A DNA stretch of 64,000 nt from an uncultured virus (IMG/VR IMGVR_UViG_3300025070_000025). Lineage: Duplodnaviria > Heunggongvirae > Uroviricota > Caudoviricetes. The position numbers were made by a program, and so were the translations under genes. Positions 17,236 through 27,762 of this stretch are shown piece by piece. The DNA lies in IMG/VR virus record IMGVR_UViG_3300025070_000025. One strand, written 5' to 3'. The notes under the pieces are model-generated. The model was not told the origin of the DNA. It saw nothing but the letters and a program-made list of their open reading frames with translations, and did no database searches. Positions within the stretch are counted from its first letter, which is position 1; every line of letters begins with the position of its first letter.

Positions 17236-17784
17236 TTACTTTAACATAATGTCTCTGATATCATCCATAAGTTTTTTACAGTCTCTATCAGAAATAGTTC
17301 TAGGCATACCAGTTCTAAATGAATTGAAATCAGATTGAACTGCCGCTGCTCTCATCTTACTAGCAGACATACCTTCAGCACCATCAGCATCAGGATCTCT
17401 TTCACCAGCAGATATCACTTCTAGTTTTCTGAATGTATATTCAACTCCATTATACTTACTAATCATAGCATCATACTGTGACACACGGTCAGATCCTGCT
17501 ACTAAAACACAGTCATGATATGTTCCTTGGAGACCTTGGAGTGCTTTAATAATTGTATTGATGTCACGATCATAAACAATGTTAGTACTCATAGAAGGAA
17601 ACATCTTCTTCATGAGATCAGATTTAGTTTTTGAATCCAATGGATTTTTTTTCTTATCCTGAGTATGAGTAGGGTAGATAAGAAAATCATCACCAGCAGC
17701 AATCTTCTCTACTGCTTGCAGAAGTTTCTCGTGTCCGATTGTTGGTGGGTTAAATCTACCCCATGCAAATACTACTCGTTTCAT
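17236..17784 (-). CDS. HIGH-class nucleotidyltransferase (cytidylyltransferase-like)
   Basis: GRFNPPTIGH, VAGSDR, GMSASKMR. Confidence 0.85.
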   Translation of the reverse strand: MKRVVFAWGRFNPPTIGHEKLLQAVEKIAAGDDFLIYPTHTQDKKKNPLDSKTKSDLMKKMFPSMSTNIVYDRDINTIIKALQGLQGTYHDCVLVAGSDRVSQYDAMISKYNGVEYTFRKLEVISAGERDPDADGAEGMSASKMRAAAVQSDFNSFRTGMPRTISDRDCKKLMDDIRDIMLK

Positions 17785-18995
17785 TTGTCTCCTGCTACCC
17801 AGTCTTTAGATACATTAAAGTTTGCTACGCTGAATGACAAACGATCAACTAACTTCACTGCGTTGGTTCCATTACTAACAGCAACATATCCCTCTGGTGC
17901 TGTGACTTCATAACCACCTTCTGTCTTAAGATAGGTTCCAATACGCTCACCCTTCTCAAGTTTGCGAATGAATACTAACTTCGCATCCTGCAATAACTTA
18001 TATAGTTGTACTGTGCTATTAAGAGGGTTCTTATTCTTTTCAATAAACTCCAGACCATCAAACATCTTCTTGAGTTTGGTTGCTTTTGCCTTCGGAGTTT
18101 TTACTTTATCAACTGCCTTCTGACATTCAGTCTCAAAATATTTTGTGAACTCTCTATAGAATGTATTCGGTTCAGGAACTGTTCTACCCTGACGAACATA
18201 TGTGTTAAAGAAAATCTTTAATCGTGGTCCTACAGTCAACTGATCCTTAAGAACAATCTGTGCTGCTACCTCATCTAAGAATGATCCTGCTGTGCGAACA
18301 TGACTAGGTGCCTGAGTTTTGAGTTGCGATAACTTATTCTTCTCAGTAGGTGTAAGAAGAGTATCCTTTCCTAACTGTCCTGTCTCGGCACTCAATACTA
18401 GAATGTCATCACTCTTCTTTAATTTACTTACATCAAATCCGAACGAAGCATTCATACTGCTTACATCAGATCCTGAATAAGATGTATGAAATACTACACC
18501 GATCTTTGCTTTCTTTGCCTTCTCATATAGATCACTATCTTCTGGTATGGCATAGGTAATGGTGTTAGGTTGAAATGTGATACAAGTCTTACCATCAATC
18601 ACCTGAGTTTTCTTATCATGAGTAAACAACAGGTCACCCTGTGCTACACCACTGATACCTAGTGCTGGAAAATATTTTAATGATGCTTTTAATTTCTCTA
18701 CCAGACCAGCAGCATGACCGTGGTTCCTTTCAATATCAGCATCAACATAATTGATCTTCGCATCTTTATTGAAGACTGATTTAGTTCCAACAAAGAAGTT
18801 ATCTGTGCCTGGATAGTTGCCACAGAAAATAGCAGGGGCACCATCCCATTTTGTAGTGATCTTAAAGTTATTATTGCCACCACCAGTAAAAGTTTTTGCT
18901 AGTAAATCTAAAAACTTAAATGCATCAGAAGCACCAGCAGCTCCGTCAAATAATATACTATCTTCTAAGTGTTCTAAGTGTGTGTTCTTACTCAT
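17781..18995 (-). CDS. Ligase-like covalent nucleotidyltransferase-fold protein
   Basis: TTKWDG (KxDG motif I), QGDLLF, EGYV, VKLVDR in ligase motif order; N-terminal HLEHLED. Confidence 0.6.
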   Translation of the reverse strand: MSKNTHLEHLEDSILFDGAAGASDAFKFLDLLAKTFTGGGNNNFKITTKWDGAPAIFCGNYPGTDNFFVGTKSVFNKDAKINYVDADIERNHGHAAGLVEKLKASLKYFPALGISGVAQGDLLFTHDKKTQVIDGKTCITFQPNTITYAIPEDSDLYEKAKKAKIGVVFHTSYSGSDVSSMNASFGFDVSKLKKSDDILVLSAETGQLGKDTLLTPTEKNKLSQLKTQAPSHVRTAGSFLDEVAAQIVLKDQLTVGPRLKIFFNTYVRQGRTVPEPNTFYREFTKYFETECQKAVDKVKTPKAKATKLKKMFDGLEFIEKNKNPLNSTVQLYKLLQDAKLVFIRKLEKGERIGTYLKTEGGYEVTAPEGYVAVSNGTNAVKLVDRLSFSVANFNVSKDWVAGDK

Positions 18996-20428
18996 GATCC
19001 TGCAATGTATTCAGATAAACCTTTTTGTTTCTCCACATAATTACGAATAGCAGTGCCACCCCACTCAATCTTATGTCTGAATTTAATTAGATCATAAACT
19101 TTATTATCATTTTTATTCTTAGCACTAATGATAACTGCTGGCAGTGGTGCTCCCACAGTAGGATCTCTAGGAACTGATTTGTGATATGTCGATGCCAGTT
19201 CCAGATTTGCTTCTACATCCAAGTCTGGTCTACCGTTGAGTGCTACATGTAATTTAGAGAAATCAAACTTCTCATAACCACTACCAATAATCTCTACGAG
19301 TTTTACATTCTCCTCATTTTTTGTAGCGAAGTCATCAAGTGTTTCCACAAAATGTCTTCTCCAAGAAGAGTTACCAAACTTATTCTGTATTCTGTTATGC
19401 GCCCAGAGATAGATATCATTCATCACAGCAGCAGCATGATGCTTAGTTGTTTCCCAATCTCCGTCATTATGTTTGGCGTAGATTGCTTCTAGTTGAACGT
19501 TATTGATTAGATTTTCATCTAAGATAACACCCCAGAAATTATTAACAGTTTGGATATCCCATCCACCAACCTGAGCGAATTGATCTACCTCACGCTTGAG
19601 TGAGATCTGAGTGATAGCTAATTTTCTATTGCCATATCTACCAGGAATTGTTATATCTTTCTTCCCATCAATCCTCACAAAGATATCAACCTTTGTCGTT
19701 AGTTCACCACCAACACCATCAGCTTCGACTTCAATTTTATTGTAAACTCTATTATGATACATGACATTTGCTAACTGAGAAATTTCTCTGGAGTTAGCAT
19801 ACTGAACGCATGGCGTCATGATACTCATGCGATCAGCAATACCTGATGCCTTCTCATCATTATCTAAAAGTTGCTCGCAAAAAACCAATGACATATTGAT
19901 GGGCGATAACTTAATAGTCAGTTCAACATCATCATCAGGGATCATCTTAGCGGACTCCCTAATAGTTTTAAAATTAGGAGACTTGAATGTATTAAAACTT
20001 CCTTTGTGATCTGTAGACAGTGTTCTATATTGCTTTTCTAGAATATTTAAAATATCCCTTTCATTAATTCTTTTTCCTTTATTAACAAAACGAGCAGTAA
20101 TCGCTGCTGCTAGAATTCCTTCTGCAGCATTACCCATATTATATCTTGCTCTACCACCACCACTACCAACTCCATATCTAATTTTTAGTGTAGTGCGAGA
20201 ATTTCTTTCCAAGTCTCTTTCACTAAGACCAGATGCCTGTGCTATCTCAGGATGTACTTTAACTTCATTGCCACCTCTAGCATCATTAAGGATCAGGGGG
20301 CGATCCACATTACGATATCTTCCAGTAAGGTATTCATAAAGTTCTACAATCAAACCAATCTTATCAGCTTTATAACTAGTTACTTGATATATTTCATCCT
20401 TAGTTCTCGGACGAATAGAATATGCCAT
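18992..20428 (-). CDS. Putative PD-(D/E)xK-fold nuclease-like protein
   Basis: GNAAEG ... KVDI ... ISLK arrangement; ORF certain, function tentative. Confidence 0.5.
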   Translation of the reverse strand: MAYSIRPRTKDEIYQVTSYKADKIGLIVELYEYLTGRYRNVDRPLILNDARGGNEVKVHPEIAQASGLSERDLERNSRTTLKIRYGVGSGGGRARYNMGNAAEGILAAAITARFVNKGKRINERDILNILEKQYRTLSTDHKGSFNTFKSPNFKTIRESAKMIPDDDVELTIKLSPINMSLVFCEQLLDNDEKASGIADRMSIMTPCVQYANSREISQLANVMYHNRVYNKIEVEADGVGGELTTKVDIFVRIDGKKDITIPGRYGNRKLAITQISLKREVDQFAQVGGWDIQTVNNFWGVILDENLINNVQLEAIYAKHNDGDWETTKHHAAAVMNDIYLWAHNRIQNKFGNSSWRRHFVETLDDFATKNEENVKLVEIIGSGYEKFDFSKLHVALNGRPDLDVEANLELASTYHKSVPRDPTVGAPLPAVIISAKNKNDNKVYDLIKFRHKIEWGGTAIRNYVEKQKGLSEYIAGS

Positions 20429-20457
20429 TAAAAAACCCCCTTACGGGGGTATTTATT
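20429..20457 (-). promoter_or_regulatory. Late promoter overlapping a terminator/RBS hairpin
   Basis: AATAAATACCCCC-GTAA-GGGGGTTTTTTA-ATG. Confidence 0.75.
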
Positions 20458-20860
20458 AGAGATCTCCTTCTACTCGGTTCTCTGAATGATTAACATCAAA
20501 CTCACCACCAGGGTAACGAGCCATCAGTTTGTGAACGTTCATCTCAATAACTTCATCGAGAGAAACATTCAGACCCATACATGCTTGAGCGACATACCAC
20601 ATGATGTCTCCAAGTTCACGTTTGAGATGAAACAGATTTTCATCATTGACAGGTTTACCTTGGAAGATAATCTTCTTAACGATCTCAGTAAACTCACCTG
20701 CCTCAGCAGACATTCCTACAGCAGCAGTAAGTAATCTCTCACTAGGAAACTCTTGTCCTTCTAGTTCTTGAAGACGATAGACAAATGCCTCAAAGTCTTT
20801 GCTTTGTTCTGATGTAACAGCATCAACGAACTCAAGATATGCTTTGGTGTTTACAGTCAT
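20456..20860 (-). CDS. mazG: MazG-like NTP pyrophosphohydrolase
   Basis: AEAGEF...KRELGDIMWY...KLMARYP. Confidence 0.92.
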   Translation of the reverse strand: MTVNTKAYLEFVDAVTSEQSKDFEAFVYRLQELEGQEFPSERLLTAAVGMSAEAGEFTEIVKKIIFQGKPVNDENLFHLKRELGDIMWYVAQACMGLNVSLDEVIEMNVHKLMARYPGGEFDVNHSENRVEGDL

Positions 20861-20863
20861 AGA

Positions 20864-22252
20864 TTAAAATTTAAATTCAGTTAACTTTGCCATAGATGAT
20901 TTACTTTGAGACTTGGCAATCTCCTCAAAGTCATACTGCTCCTGCCCTGAGTCAACAATGTCAACCTGAGCGGATTCCTCTACATCATACAACCTCATCT
21001 TTGATCTGTCAATACCGATAACAAATCTTTTATACGATGTGGTATCGTTATAACGATTCTTGAGTTGCTTGATCATGAGTTGATTGATGCCTTCAAGTTC
21101 TTCTGTACTGATAAGAGCAAACATAAAGTCTGCAGTAGCAGGTAGTCCAAAAGACTCAGAGGTATCAGTAAGATCAATGTCACTAGAACCATACCCAGAA
21201 CGAGTAGTCTGAGTAGCCGAAACAATAGGGACGTTATGTTCGCCAGCAAGTCCGCGAAGTTCTTCTGCAATCGCTTTAATGTTAGTATAAGAATTTACAA
21301 GTGCTCCTTTATATCGTGATGACGCACAGATGTTCAGATAATCAATAAAGATGATGTCTGGTTTAAAACTTTTCTTGAGTGCAAGTTCATTCAGGAGTGC
21401 CTTGAAGTGTCCGCTATGTGCTGACGCTGTAGGATACTCTTTAATAATAAGTTTACCGTTAGTCTTCTGTGCTAATCTATTTACTTTGGAAGTGAAGATT
21501 TGTTCCGGCAGTTCTTCAATGTCCTTGATATTGACGTTGAGAAGATTTGCGTCAATGCGTTCAGCGATCTTCTCTTCTGCCATCTCCAATGTGATGTAGA
21601 GGACATTTTTACTCTGAAGTAATGACGCAGCGGCCATGTGACACATAAACAATGATTTGCCCACCCCAGTACCAGCAAGTGCGATGTTGAGAGTTTTGTT
21701 AGAAATACCACCCTTCGTAATTTTATTGAAGAGAGACAGATCGAACGGGATTTTGTTTTCATGTCTATGATAGAACTCGTAACGACTTTCATAATCTTCT
21801 ATGTAGTCATGTCCGATGTGCTCGTCAAATGAAACACCTAATGCTTCCTGAAGAATTGATGGGATAGCATCCTCACTTCTCTTCTCATCCTTACCATCAG
21901 CAATCTTAACACTCTCCAGTAATGCCAAGTAAACTGCACGTTGCTTACACCATTTCTCTGTAGTGTCAAGGATCCAACGATCATCAACTTCAGTGTTATC
22001 AATGTCAGCAATCTTTACTTGCAGTTCCTTATAAGAATCTTCATTCAGATCCTTACGATTATCAACCTCAATAGAAAGTACTTCTTTAGTAGGTGGTTGA
22101 CCATAGTTAACCACAAAATCATTAATGATATCAAACAGAATTTTATCAGAGTACTGAATAAAATATTCTGGTTTCACGTAAGGAATAACCTTACGCATAT
22201 AACTCTCGTTAGTAACGAGATTTTTCAGGATAGTGCTTTCAATTACTTCCAT
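20864..22252 (-). CDS. gp41: Replicative DNA helicase
   Basis: AGTGVGKS Walker A, IFIDYL, SATQTTR, SESFGLP; start MEVIES overlaps the uvsX stop. Confidence 0.96.
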   Translation of the reverse strand: MEVIESTILKNLVTNESYMRKVIPYVKPEYFIQYSDKILFDIINDFVVNYGQPPTKEVLSIEVDNRKDLNEDSYKELQVKIADIDNTEVDDRWILDTTEKWCKQRAVYLALLESVKIADGKDEKRSEDAIPSILQEALGVSFDEHIGHDYIEDYESRYEFYHRHENKIPFDLSLFNKITKGGISNKTLNIALAGTGVGKSLFMCHMAAASLLQSKNVLYITLEMAEEKIAERIDANLLNVNIKDIEELPEQIFTSKVNRLAQKTNGKLIIKEYPTASAHSGHFKALLNELALKKSFKPDIIFIDYLNICASSRYKGALVNSYTNIKAIAEELRGLAGEHNVPIVSATQTTRSGYGSSDIDLTDTSESFGLPATADFMFALISTEELEGINQLMIKQLKNRYNDTTSYKRFVIGIDRSKMRLYDVEESAQVDIVDSGQEQYDFEEIAKSQSKSSMAKLTEFKF

Positions 22253-23265
22253 CAAGATCCATAGCAGAATTCTTTCTTGGCACATTCGTCAAGTGCTTGG
22301 AGGATTTCTTCAGTGAAGAACTTCTCAGGATCCTTGTAGATAGCAGAAGGATATACATTCCCATGCTCAGTCTTAACACGGTTACCCACACGCTCAAAGA
22401 CTCCGTGCTGTTGACCCAGCTCCAATAGTCCATAATACTTGTCAAGTCCACGTTCGTCAAAGAATAACCTCGTTTCTACAATAGAATTTTCTTTAGTAAA
22501 GCGAGACTTATGTGCCTTCACTTTAATGATATTACCAACCTGCTCAGTACCATCCTTCTCCTTCTTTTTGGTGAGGAATAAAATACTAGAAGCAGCATAC
22601 TTGAGACCAGTACCACCACCCATTTCCTTGGTAGGAACATAAGCACCAACAACTTCATAGGTGTGGTTAGTAACAATCAAAGGAATGCCTGCCTGACCCA
22701 ACTTCAGTGACAAGATTCTAAAGATAGATTTAATCACCTGAGCGCGGGTCATGTCGCGGGTCTCCTTACCATCAGATGCATCAGCAACTTCCTTAGAGGT
22801 TGATAGCATACCCAAAGAGTCTAGCACAAATAAAAGCGGTGGGCGATCCTCTTTCTTAAGTTTATTGTACTCGTCAACGATCTTAATACTTTGAGTACGA
22901 AACTCCTGAACTGTAGTTACAGGGACAAGACCCACCCTAGTAACATCAATATCACGACTGCTCATCATGCTCTTAGAGATAGCAGATTCAGACTCAAAAT
23001 AAATTACTTGACCATTAGAGTTTTGTGCCAGAAAGTTCTTTACGATTGACAGTGCGAAGAAAGTTTTTCCTGTGCTTGATTCTCCTGCAAGAGCGGTGAC
23101 TTTGTTTGATGGGAGACCACCAAAAATGCTCCCAGACACAAGACCATTGAGGATGTAAGAGCCAGTGTCCACAAAAGTGTCACAATCTCCTGCGGCGATG
23201 CCTTCATCAACAATTGACGCAAATTCATTATCTAACTCCTTGATAACGTTGTTTAAAAATGACAT
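22252..23265 (-). CDS. uvsX: RecA-like recombinase
   Basis: [23 protein letters not shown]. Confidence 0.96.
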   Translation of the reverse strand: MSFLNNVIKELDNEFASIVDEGIAAGDCDTFVDTGSYILNGLVSGSIFGGLPSNKVTALAGESSTGKTFFALSIVKNFLAQNSNGQVIYFESESAISKSMMSSRDIDVTRVGLVPVTTVQEFRTQSIKIVDEYNKLKKEDRPPLLFVLDSLGMLSTSKEVADASDGKETRDMTRAQVIKSIFRILSLKLGQAGIPLIVTNHTYEVVGAYVPTKEMGGGTGLKYAASSILFLTKKKEKDGTEQVGNIIKVKAHKSRFTKENSIVETRLFFDERGLDKYYGLLELGQQHGVFERVGNRVKTEHGNVYPSAIYKDPEKFFTEEILQALDECAKKEFCYGS

Positions 23266-23270
23266 AATAA

Positions 23271-25763
23271 TTACGAAAAGAAACTACTTAATGAGCCGGT
23301 GCGCTCATGCTTCCATCCAATACATTCTATCACAGATTTGAGAGGTTCCAAGAAGGACTTCTCAAATTGCATCTGATGATTGATGTACTGATCTAACTTA
23401 AATTCTTTAGGAAGCGTGTTAAAGAATGAGATAATGTTCTGACCGATAGGGTTTGGTGTTTTGAGGTAAATGAATTTTACCTTTTCCCCTTCTTGGATAA
23501 GAGGAAACTTATTAGTAATTTTATACTGCTTGAGATAGTGATTATACAATAATGCACCTCGGACAGCAATAGGTGTACCCTTCTTATAAATCTCCGAATA
23601 ACTCCGGTACTTTTCAAGACCATTACATCCTCGGGGGAATGCAATATCTATGTAACTTTGCTGATGTGTCTCACGTTTGATGTCACTGATATAATCAATC
23701 ATGTCATCATTAGTTCCTTTAATCATAATCTTATATGCTTTCAGAAGTTTGTCTCTGAAATATGCAGGTGTAGATGAACGTTGCGTCTCCAGTCCCATGA
23801 TCTTCATCTTAGGTTCCTTATAACGAACACCCTCACTGTCCCATACATTAAGAATATATCTTTTCTTAGCAGTCCAGATGCCACGATTAGCGATGTTCTC
23901 GCGTTTCATTACCATCTTCTGCTGGTATGCATTTACATACGTCGCCAGTTCTTGGTAGCAACTTTCAATATAAGTTTCAAGTTCCACCTTACAGATCTTA
24001 TCAAGGAAGTTAACAACCTTCTCATCAGACGGCGTTCCTCCTTTGAATACGTTCTTAACAAGATCGCCCAGATCAAGATAAATGGAGTCAGTGTCCACAG
24101 CAATGACATAATCTTTATCATCCGATTTTAGAATTTTATTAAGATACTCATTCATCTTGTTCTCAATCCATCTGATCGAGAGTTGTCCTGAAAGAGTAAT
24201 TGCTTCAGCGTTCTCTAGTCGGAAGTACCTGAAGTATTCGTTACCAATAGCACCATAAGCAGAGTTCAGTTGGATCTTACGTGCCATCTGAATGTTATTG
24301 TACTTAGCAATATCCTTAACAAGTTGAGGATTTTTAGTATTCTCATACTCTTGCTTGGCAGCAAGCATCTTCTTCTTGTAAATTGTACGCTCAGTATAAA
24401 TCTTTTCCATCAACTTAGGAAGGAAACCCTGCTTCTTCGTAGTAAACAATGTTCCGTTAGGACACATAGTAACGCCGTCTAGGGTGCTTGTATCAATCTC
24501 ACGGTTTAGTAGTTTGTCTACATTAATACCGCTCACACGGTCATCCAGAAGGGTCTCAGGAGAGATATTATACTGCATGATGAGGTGTGGATACAGTGAG
24601 TTAAGGTCAAAGTTAACTACCCAATCATAAATGCCTGGAACAGGTTCTTTCACATAAGCACCAGCATACTGCTGATCTTTAGTACTCTCAGTTTTAGGAG
24701 GAATAATAATATTTTCCTGAGTGAGAGCATCATAGATGATACTATCCCACATACGAACCTGATAGAATACATCCTCAAAGTTTACCTTGGCATCATATGC
24801 CATAGTAACAGCGAGTTCAATCAGTTTCATCTTATCTTCCAGCATGTCTACAAGTTCAACGTCATGGATGTTGTACTCAATAAACTTCTGCCAATCACTA
24901 CGATAGAAGTCCTGAAAGTTCTCGAACTCAGAGTGATCGAGTTTCTTCTGTCCTAGTTCCACAAAAGCAATGTGGTCTAAACGATAAGATTCTTGGTTGG
25001 TGTAAGTAAATTTTTGATAGAGATCATAATAGTCAAGGGTAGCAACACCGATGATATCATAATAGATCTTCTCCTGACCCTTCACAAACAACTTACGTTC
25101 ACGAACAGAGTTCCATGGCGACATAGATCTCATATGCTTGATACTTAGCATACGATCAATGCGACGGCAGATGAATGGCATATCAAAGAACTTGACATTC
25201 CACCCAGTGATTACATCAGGAGTTTTCTGCACCCAATACTCTAGGAACTTAAGAAGAAGTTCACGTTCATTCTGACAATAAACATAATGAACATCATCAC
25301 GGGAGTTTCTAAACTCACCGCAACCCCAAGTAATAATCTTCTTACTAGTAAAGTCTTTTACAGTAATGCAAAGAATTTCTTCCCGTGCTTCCTCAACACT
25401 AGGAAATCCATTCTCAGATGTAGTCTCAATATCAAGAGACATGATATTAAGTTGACTGAAATCATAGTCAACTTCTTTAGGATACTTACTCAGGATATAC
25501 TGATATAAGTATTTGGTATTGCCGTAGATAGTAAAGTTATCTACTGCCTCATAAGTATTAACAAACTCTTTAGCATCTTTAATGCCGCCAAAATGAACGG
25601 GTTCTACACAGTTGCCCTCAAGAGTTTTATATTTGGTCTGATTTTTTGATGAGACATAAAGAGTTGGAGAGAAGTCTTCACGACGCTCAATCCTTTCACC
25701 CCCGCTAAAACCACGATACAAAACTGTATCATTGATGATAGCAACATTAGTATAGAAATCCAT
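23271..25763 (-). CDS. gp43: Family B DNA polymerase
   Basis: Exo[26 protein letters not shown]; uninterrupted. Confidence 0.98.
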   Translation of the reverse strand: MDFYTNVAIINDTVLYRGFSGGERIERREDFSPTLYVSSKNQTKYKTLEGNCVEPVHFGGIKDAKEFVNTYEAVDNFTIYGNTKYLYQYILSKYPKEVDYDFSQLNIMSLDIETTSENGFPSVEEAREEILCITVKDFTSKKIITWGCGEFRNSRDDVHYVYCQNERELLLKFLEYWVQKTPDVITGWNVKFFDMPFICRRIDRMLSIKHMRSMSPWNSVRERKLFVKGQEKIYYDIIGVATLDYYDLYQKFTYTNQESYRLDHIAFVELGQKKLDHSEFENFQDFYRSDWQKFIEYNIHDVELVDMLEDKMKLIELAVTMAYDAKVNFEDVFYQVRMWDSIIYDALTQENIIIPPKTESTKDQQYAGAYVKEPVPGIYDWVVNFDLNSLYPHLIMQYNISPETLLDDRVSGINVDKLLNREIDTSTLDGVTMCPNGTLFTTKKQGFLPKLMEKIYTERTIYKKKMLAAKQEYENTKNPQLVKDIAKYNNIQMARKIQLNSAYGAIGNEYFRYFRLENAEAITLSGQLSIRWIENKMNEYLNKILKSDDKDYVIAVDTDSIYLDLGDLVKNVFKGGTPSDEKVVNFLDKICKVELETYIESCYQELATYVNAYQQKMVMKRENIANRGIWTAKKRYILNVWDSEGVRYKEPKMKIMGLETQRSSTPAYFRDKLLKAYKIMIKGTNDDMIDYISDIKRETHQQSYIDIAFPRGCNGLEKYRSYSEIYKKGTPIAVRGALLYNHYLKQYKITNKFPLIQEGEKVKFIYLKTPNPIGQNIISFFNTLPKEFKLDQYINHQMQFEKSFLEPLKSVIECIGWKHERTGSLSSFFS

Positions 25764-26014
25764 CAAGCAATAGCATCACGATATAATTTTAGCAGACTAT
25801 CCATAGGATCCACGATAGTAATAATATCACTAGACCTAATAGGAATCTGTTTTTGATATGAATATGGAACAAAATTTTCCATAATAAAATCTGGAATAAA
25901 TCCAATCACCACTTTAGGGTTGATGAGGATGCAATCAGCATCTTCTTCTGGACGTTCTTCAATCTCCGAGATCAGATATTGACCCGTCTTCAGCAATAGA
26001 ACTTTTACTGTCAT
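25763..26014 (-). CDS. Sm-like fold small protein
   Basis: VKVLLLKTGQYLI...LINP...FVPYS...IITIVDP...Y; AGGAG RBS. Confidence 0.6.
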   Translation of the reverse strand: MTVKVLLLKTGQYLISEIEERPEEDADCILINPKVVIGFIPDFIMENFVPYSYQKQIPIRSSDIITIVDPMDSLLKLYRDAIA

Positions 26015-26321
26015 CACGAACTCCTATGTTTTTAATGTAACTTTCTTTGATATTATCTTGGGGGTCGCAAATGGTAACTACCCAATCTTTATTGACAAAA
26101 TACTCTTCTGATTTAGAAGTAGCGAGCCATGGAACGAAACTTAAAACACTGTCTGGTGATTCATTAGCACCCTCAGTGAGAACGCCCTGTTGAACTACAG
26201 TAACACGTACAGGTTTAATCATGACAAATTCCATAAGTTCCTGAGTTTCGCGATCAATGATCTCACGAAAATCACAAACTATTTCCTCCCCAGATTTGAG
26301 GAGAACTAATTGAACGGACAT
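25959..26321 (-). CDS. Sm-like fold small protein
   Basis: VQLVLLKSGEEIV...MIKP...FVPW...VVTICDP...Y; AGGAG RBS. Confidence 0.65.
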   Translation of the reverse strand: MSVQLVLLKSGEEIVCDFREIIDRETQELMEFVMIKPVRVTVVQQGVLTEGANESPDSVLSFVPWLATSKSEEYFVNKDWVVTICDPQDNIKESYIKNIGVRDDSKSSIAEDGSISDLGD

Positions 26322-26343
26322 AAACTCCTAGAATTCAACCCTC

Positions 26344-26372
26344 ATCATAGCATGAGGTCATCTGATTGACAA
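26344..26372 (-). promoter_or_regulatory. Sigma70-type promoter for the Sm-like pair and gp43
   Basis: TTGTCA-17 nt-TATGAT with TGn extension. Confidence 0.7.
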
Positions 26373-27068
26373 GCTGGTAACCTTAAGATTTCTTAGATGT
26401 GCTGACATCTTATCCAGATACCCACGGTTGCGTAGCTCCTTAAACACAAGGTTTTCCACAGCAAACTCGCCGCCACGTTGGATAGCAGATGATCTCATGT
26501 CACGCAGTTTCTCTTTGAGTTTTTCAAATGCATCACGATCATCTGCTCTGTTATCAATCAGGAAATCAATTTTCTCCATGTAGTGCCTCACCTTATTGAT
26601 GATATTAGGATCTGAAAGATCTACTTCCTGATATGTGGGACGACGCAACCACAAACTATTCATAAGGGAAAAAACTCCCTGACCGGAAGGGGTTTGATCT
26701 CTTCGATCTTGGGCATAGAGTTCAACGTCGTGTCCATAAATCTGAATATCATGGGTGAGAGCCCATAATTGTTTCTTGTCTCGTAAGTAATCATCAATGA
26801 GATCAGGACAATCGGCAATATCCTCCTTGGAGACAATAAGATGAAGGTCCAAGTCAGAATACTTAGTATAATTGTAATTGGCATTACCGCCCACTAGCAC
26901 TACATCGATTATAGCACTGTTAGGAATATTTGCAAACTCCGCCCACTCTTCTGCAATACGAACTAGTCCCTGCCTGACTTCAGGTTTCATTGCTTCACCA
27001 ACCCAGATCTTAGGATTTAATTGCTGGTTATATCGGAGAGTAAGTTTTAAATCCCTATATGTTTTCAT
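26358..27068 (-). CDS. DNA polymerase beta superfamily nucleotidyltransferase
   Basis: LVGGNANYNYTKYSDLDLHL (hG[GS]x10DhDh) and third acidic residue in DVELY. Confidence 0.8.
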   Translation of the reverse strand: MKTYRDLKLTLRYNQQLNPKIWVGEAMKPEVRQGLVRIAEEWAEFANIPNSAIIDVVLVGGNANYNYTKYSDLDLHLIVSKEDIADCPDLIDDYLRDKKQLWALTHDIQIYGHDVELYAQDRRDQTPSGQGVFSLMNSLWLRRPTYQEVDLSDPNIINKVRHYMEKIDFLIDNRADDRDAFEKLKEKLRDMRSSAIQRGGEFAVENLVFKELRNRGYLDKMSAHLRNLKVTSLSIR

Positions 27069-27086
27069 CAGGACAGACTTTAATTA

Positions 27087-27094
27087 TATTTATA
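27087..27094 (-). promoter_or_regulatory. T4-type late promoter
   Basis: Perfect TATAAATA 18 nt upstream of the nucleotidyltransferase ATG. Confidence 0.8.
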
Positions 27095-27100
27095 AGCAAG

Positions 27101-27157
27101 AAAAAAGAGGGTTACCTGACTGTGACCAGGGCCCTCTGCGACGACGATATTCAATTC
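27101..27157 (-). ncRNA. Candidate small RNA / bulged-hairpin terminator
   Basis: CTAAATA (27158-27164) then GAATTGAATATCGTCGTCGC-AGAGGG-C-CCTGGT-CACA-GTCAGG-TAA-CCCTCT-TTTTT. Confidence 0.45.
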
Positions 27158-27160
27158 TAT

Positions 27161-27373
27161 TTAGGTAAAGTACTTATCAAGAACTTCATTACGTTCTTCT
27201 TCATGTGCGATGATATCAAGTTGATCTTGAATGGCAGCAAGAACATCAGGATGTTCACCAATACCAACAGGGTTCTCTAGATAGACTTCAATGTTTGCTT
27301 TTGCTTTAGCAATGTTACCATTAGCATCAGCACGGAGTGCATCTAGAATTTTAAAGCGAAGTGTGTCAGTCAT
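27161..27373 (-). CDS. Conserved hypothetical protein
   Basis: ANIEVYLENPVGIGEHPD motif. Confidence 0.75.
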   Translation of the reverse strand: MTDTLRFKILDALRADANGNIAKAKANIEVYLENPVGIGEHPDVLAAIQDQLDIIAHEEERNEVLDKYFT

Positions 27374-27444
27374 TATTTTTTAGGAGTAAGTTTATATGCA
27401 CCGAAAATAGCGCCTGTGATAAGGGCAATCATTAAAACTTCCAT
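27373..27444 (-). CDS. Hydrophobic micropeptide (23 aa)
   Basis: [28 protein letters not shown] and TAATG overlaps with both neighbours. Confidence 0.6.
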   Translation of the reverse strand: MEVLMIALITGAIFGAYKLTPKK

Positions 27445-27734
27445 CAGTAAAGTTCCTCTTCCTTTTCAGTCAGGATAACCAAGTCTGATGTTGGATACGA
27501 AACACAGGTAAGTAAAAATCCTGCCTCAAGTTGATCGTCATCAAGGAAAGATTGATCGCTTTGATCGACCGTTCCCTCTACGATTTTTCCAGCACAAGTA
27601 GAACAAGCACCAGCACGACAGGAGTATGGAAGATCTACTCCTGCTTCTTCAGCGGCATCAAGAATATACTGATCGCTCTCACATTGAATAGTGTGATCAC
27701 CCTCAGTGGTCTTGAGGGTAATGGTGTAGGACAT
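27444..27734 (-). CDS. petF: Plant-type [2Fe-2S] ferredoxin
   Basis: [13 protein letters not shown]...[10 protein letters not shown]...LTC. Confidence 0.97.
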   Translation of the reverse strand: MSYTITLKTTEGDHTIQCESDQYILDAAEEAGVDLPYSCRAGACSTCAGKIVEGTVDQSDQSFLDDDQLEAGFLLTCVSYPTSDLVILTEKEEELY

Positions 27735-27762
27735 TTACTTTCTTGTAGTTGACATGGTATAT

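Noticed and set aside
17236..17784. Calling this NMNAT of a phage NAD-reconstitution pathway
   Set aside because: No nicotinamide phosphoribosyltransferase or PRPP-synthetase-like partner in the window; motifs do not fix the substrate.
9374..25763. Introns or inteins in nrdB, nrdA, helicase or polymerase
   Set aside because: All ORFs are continuous and of normal length; gp17 and gp20 likewise.
27373..27444. PsaM identity for the 23 aa peptide
   Set aside because: Weak resemblance only; too short to call by eye.
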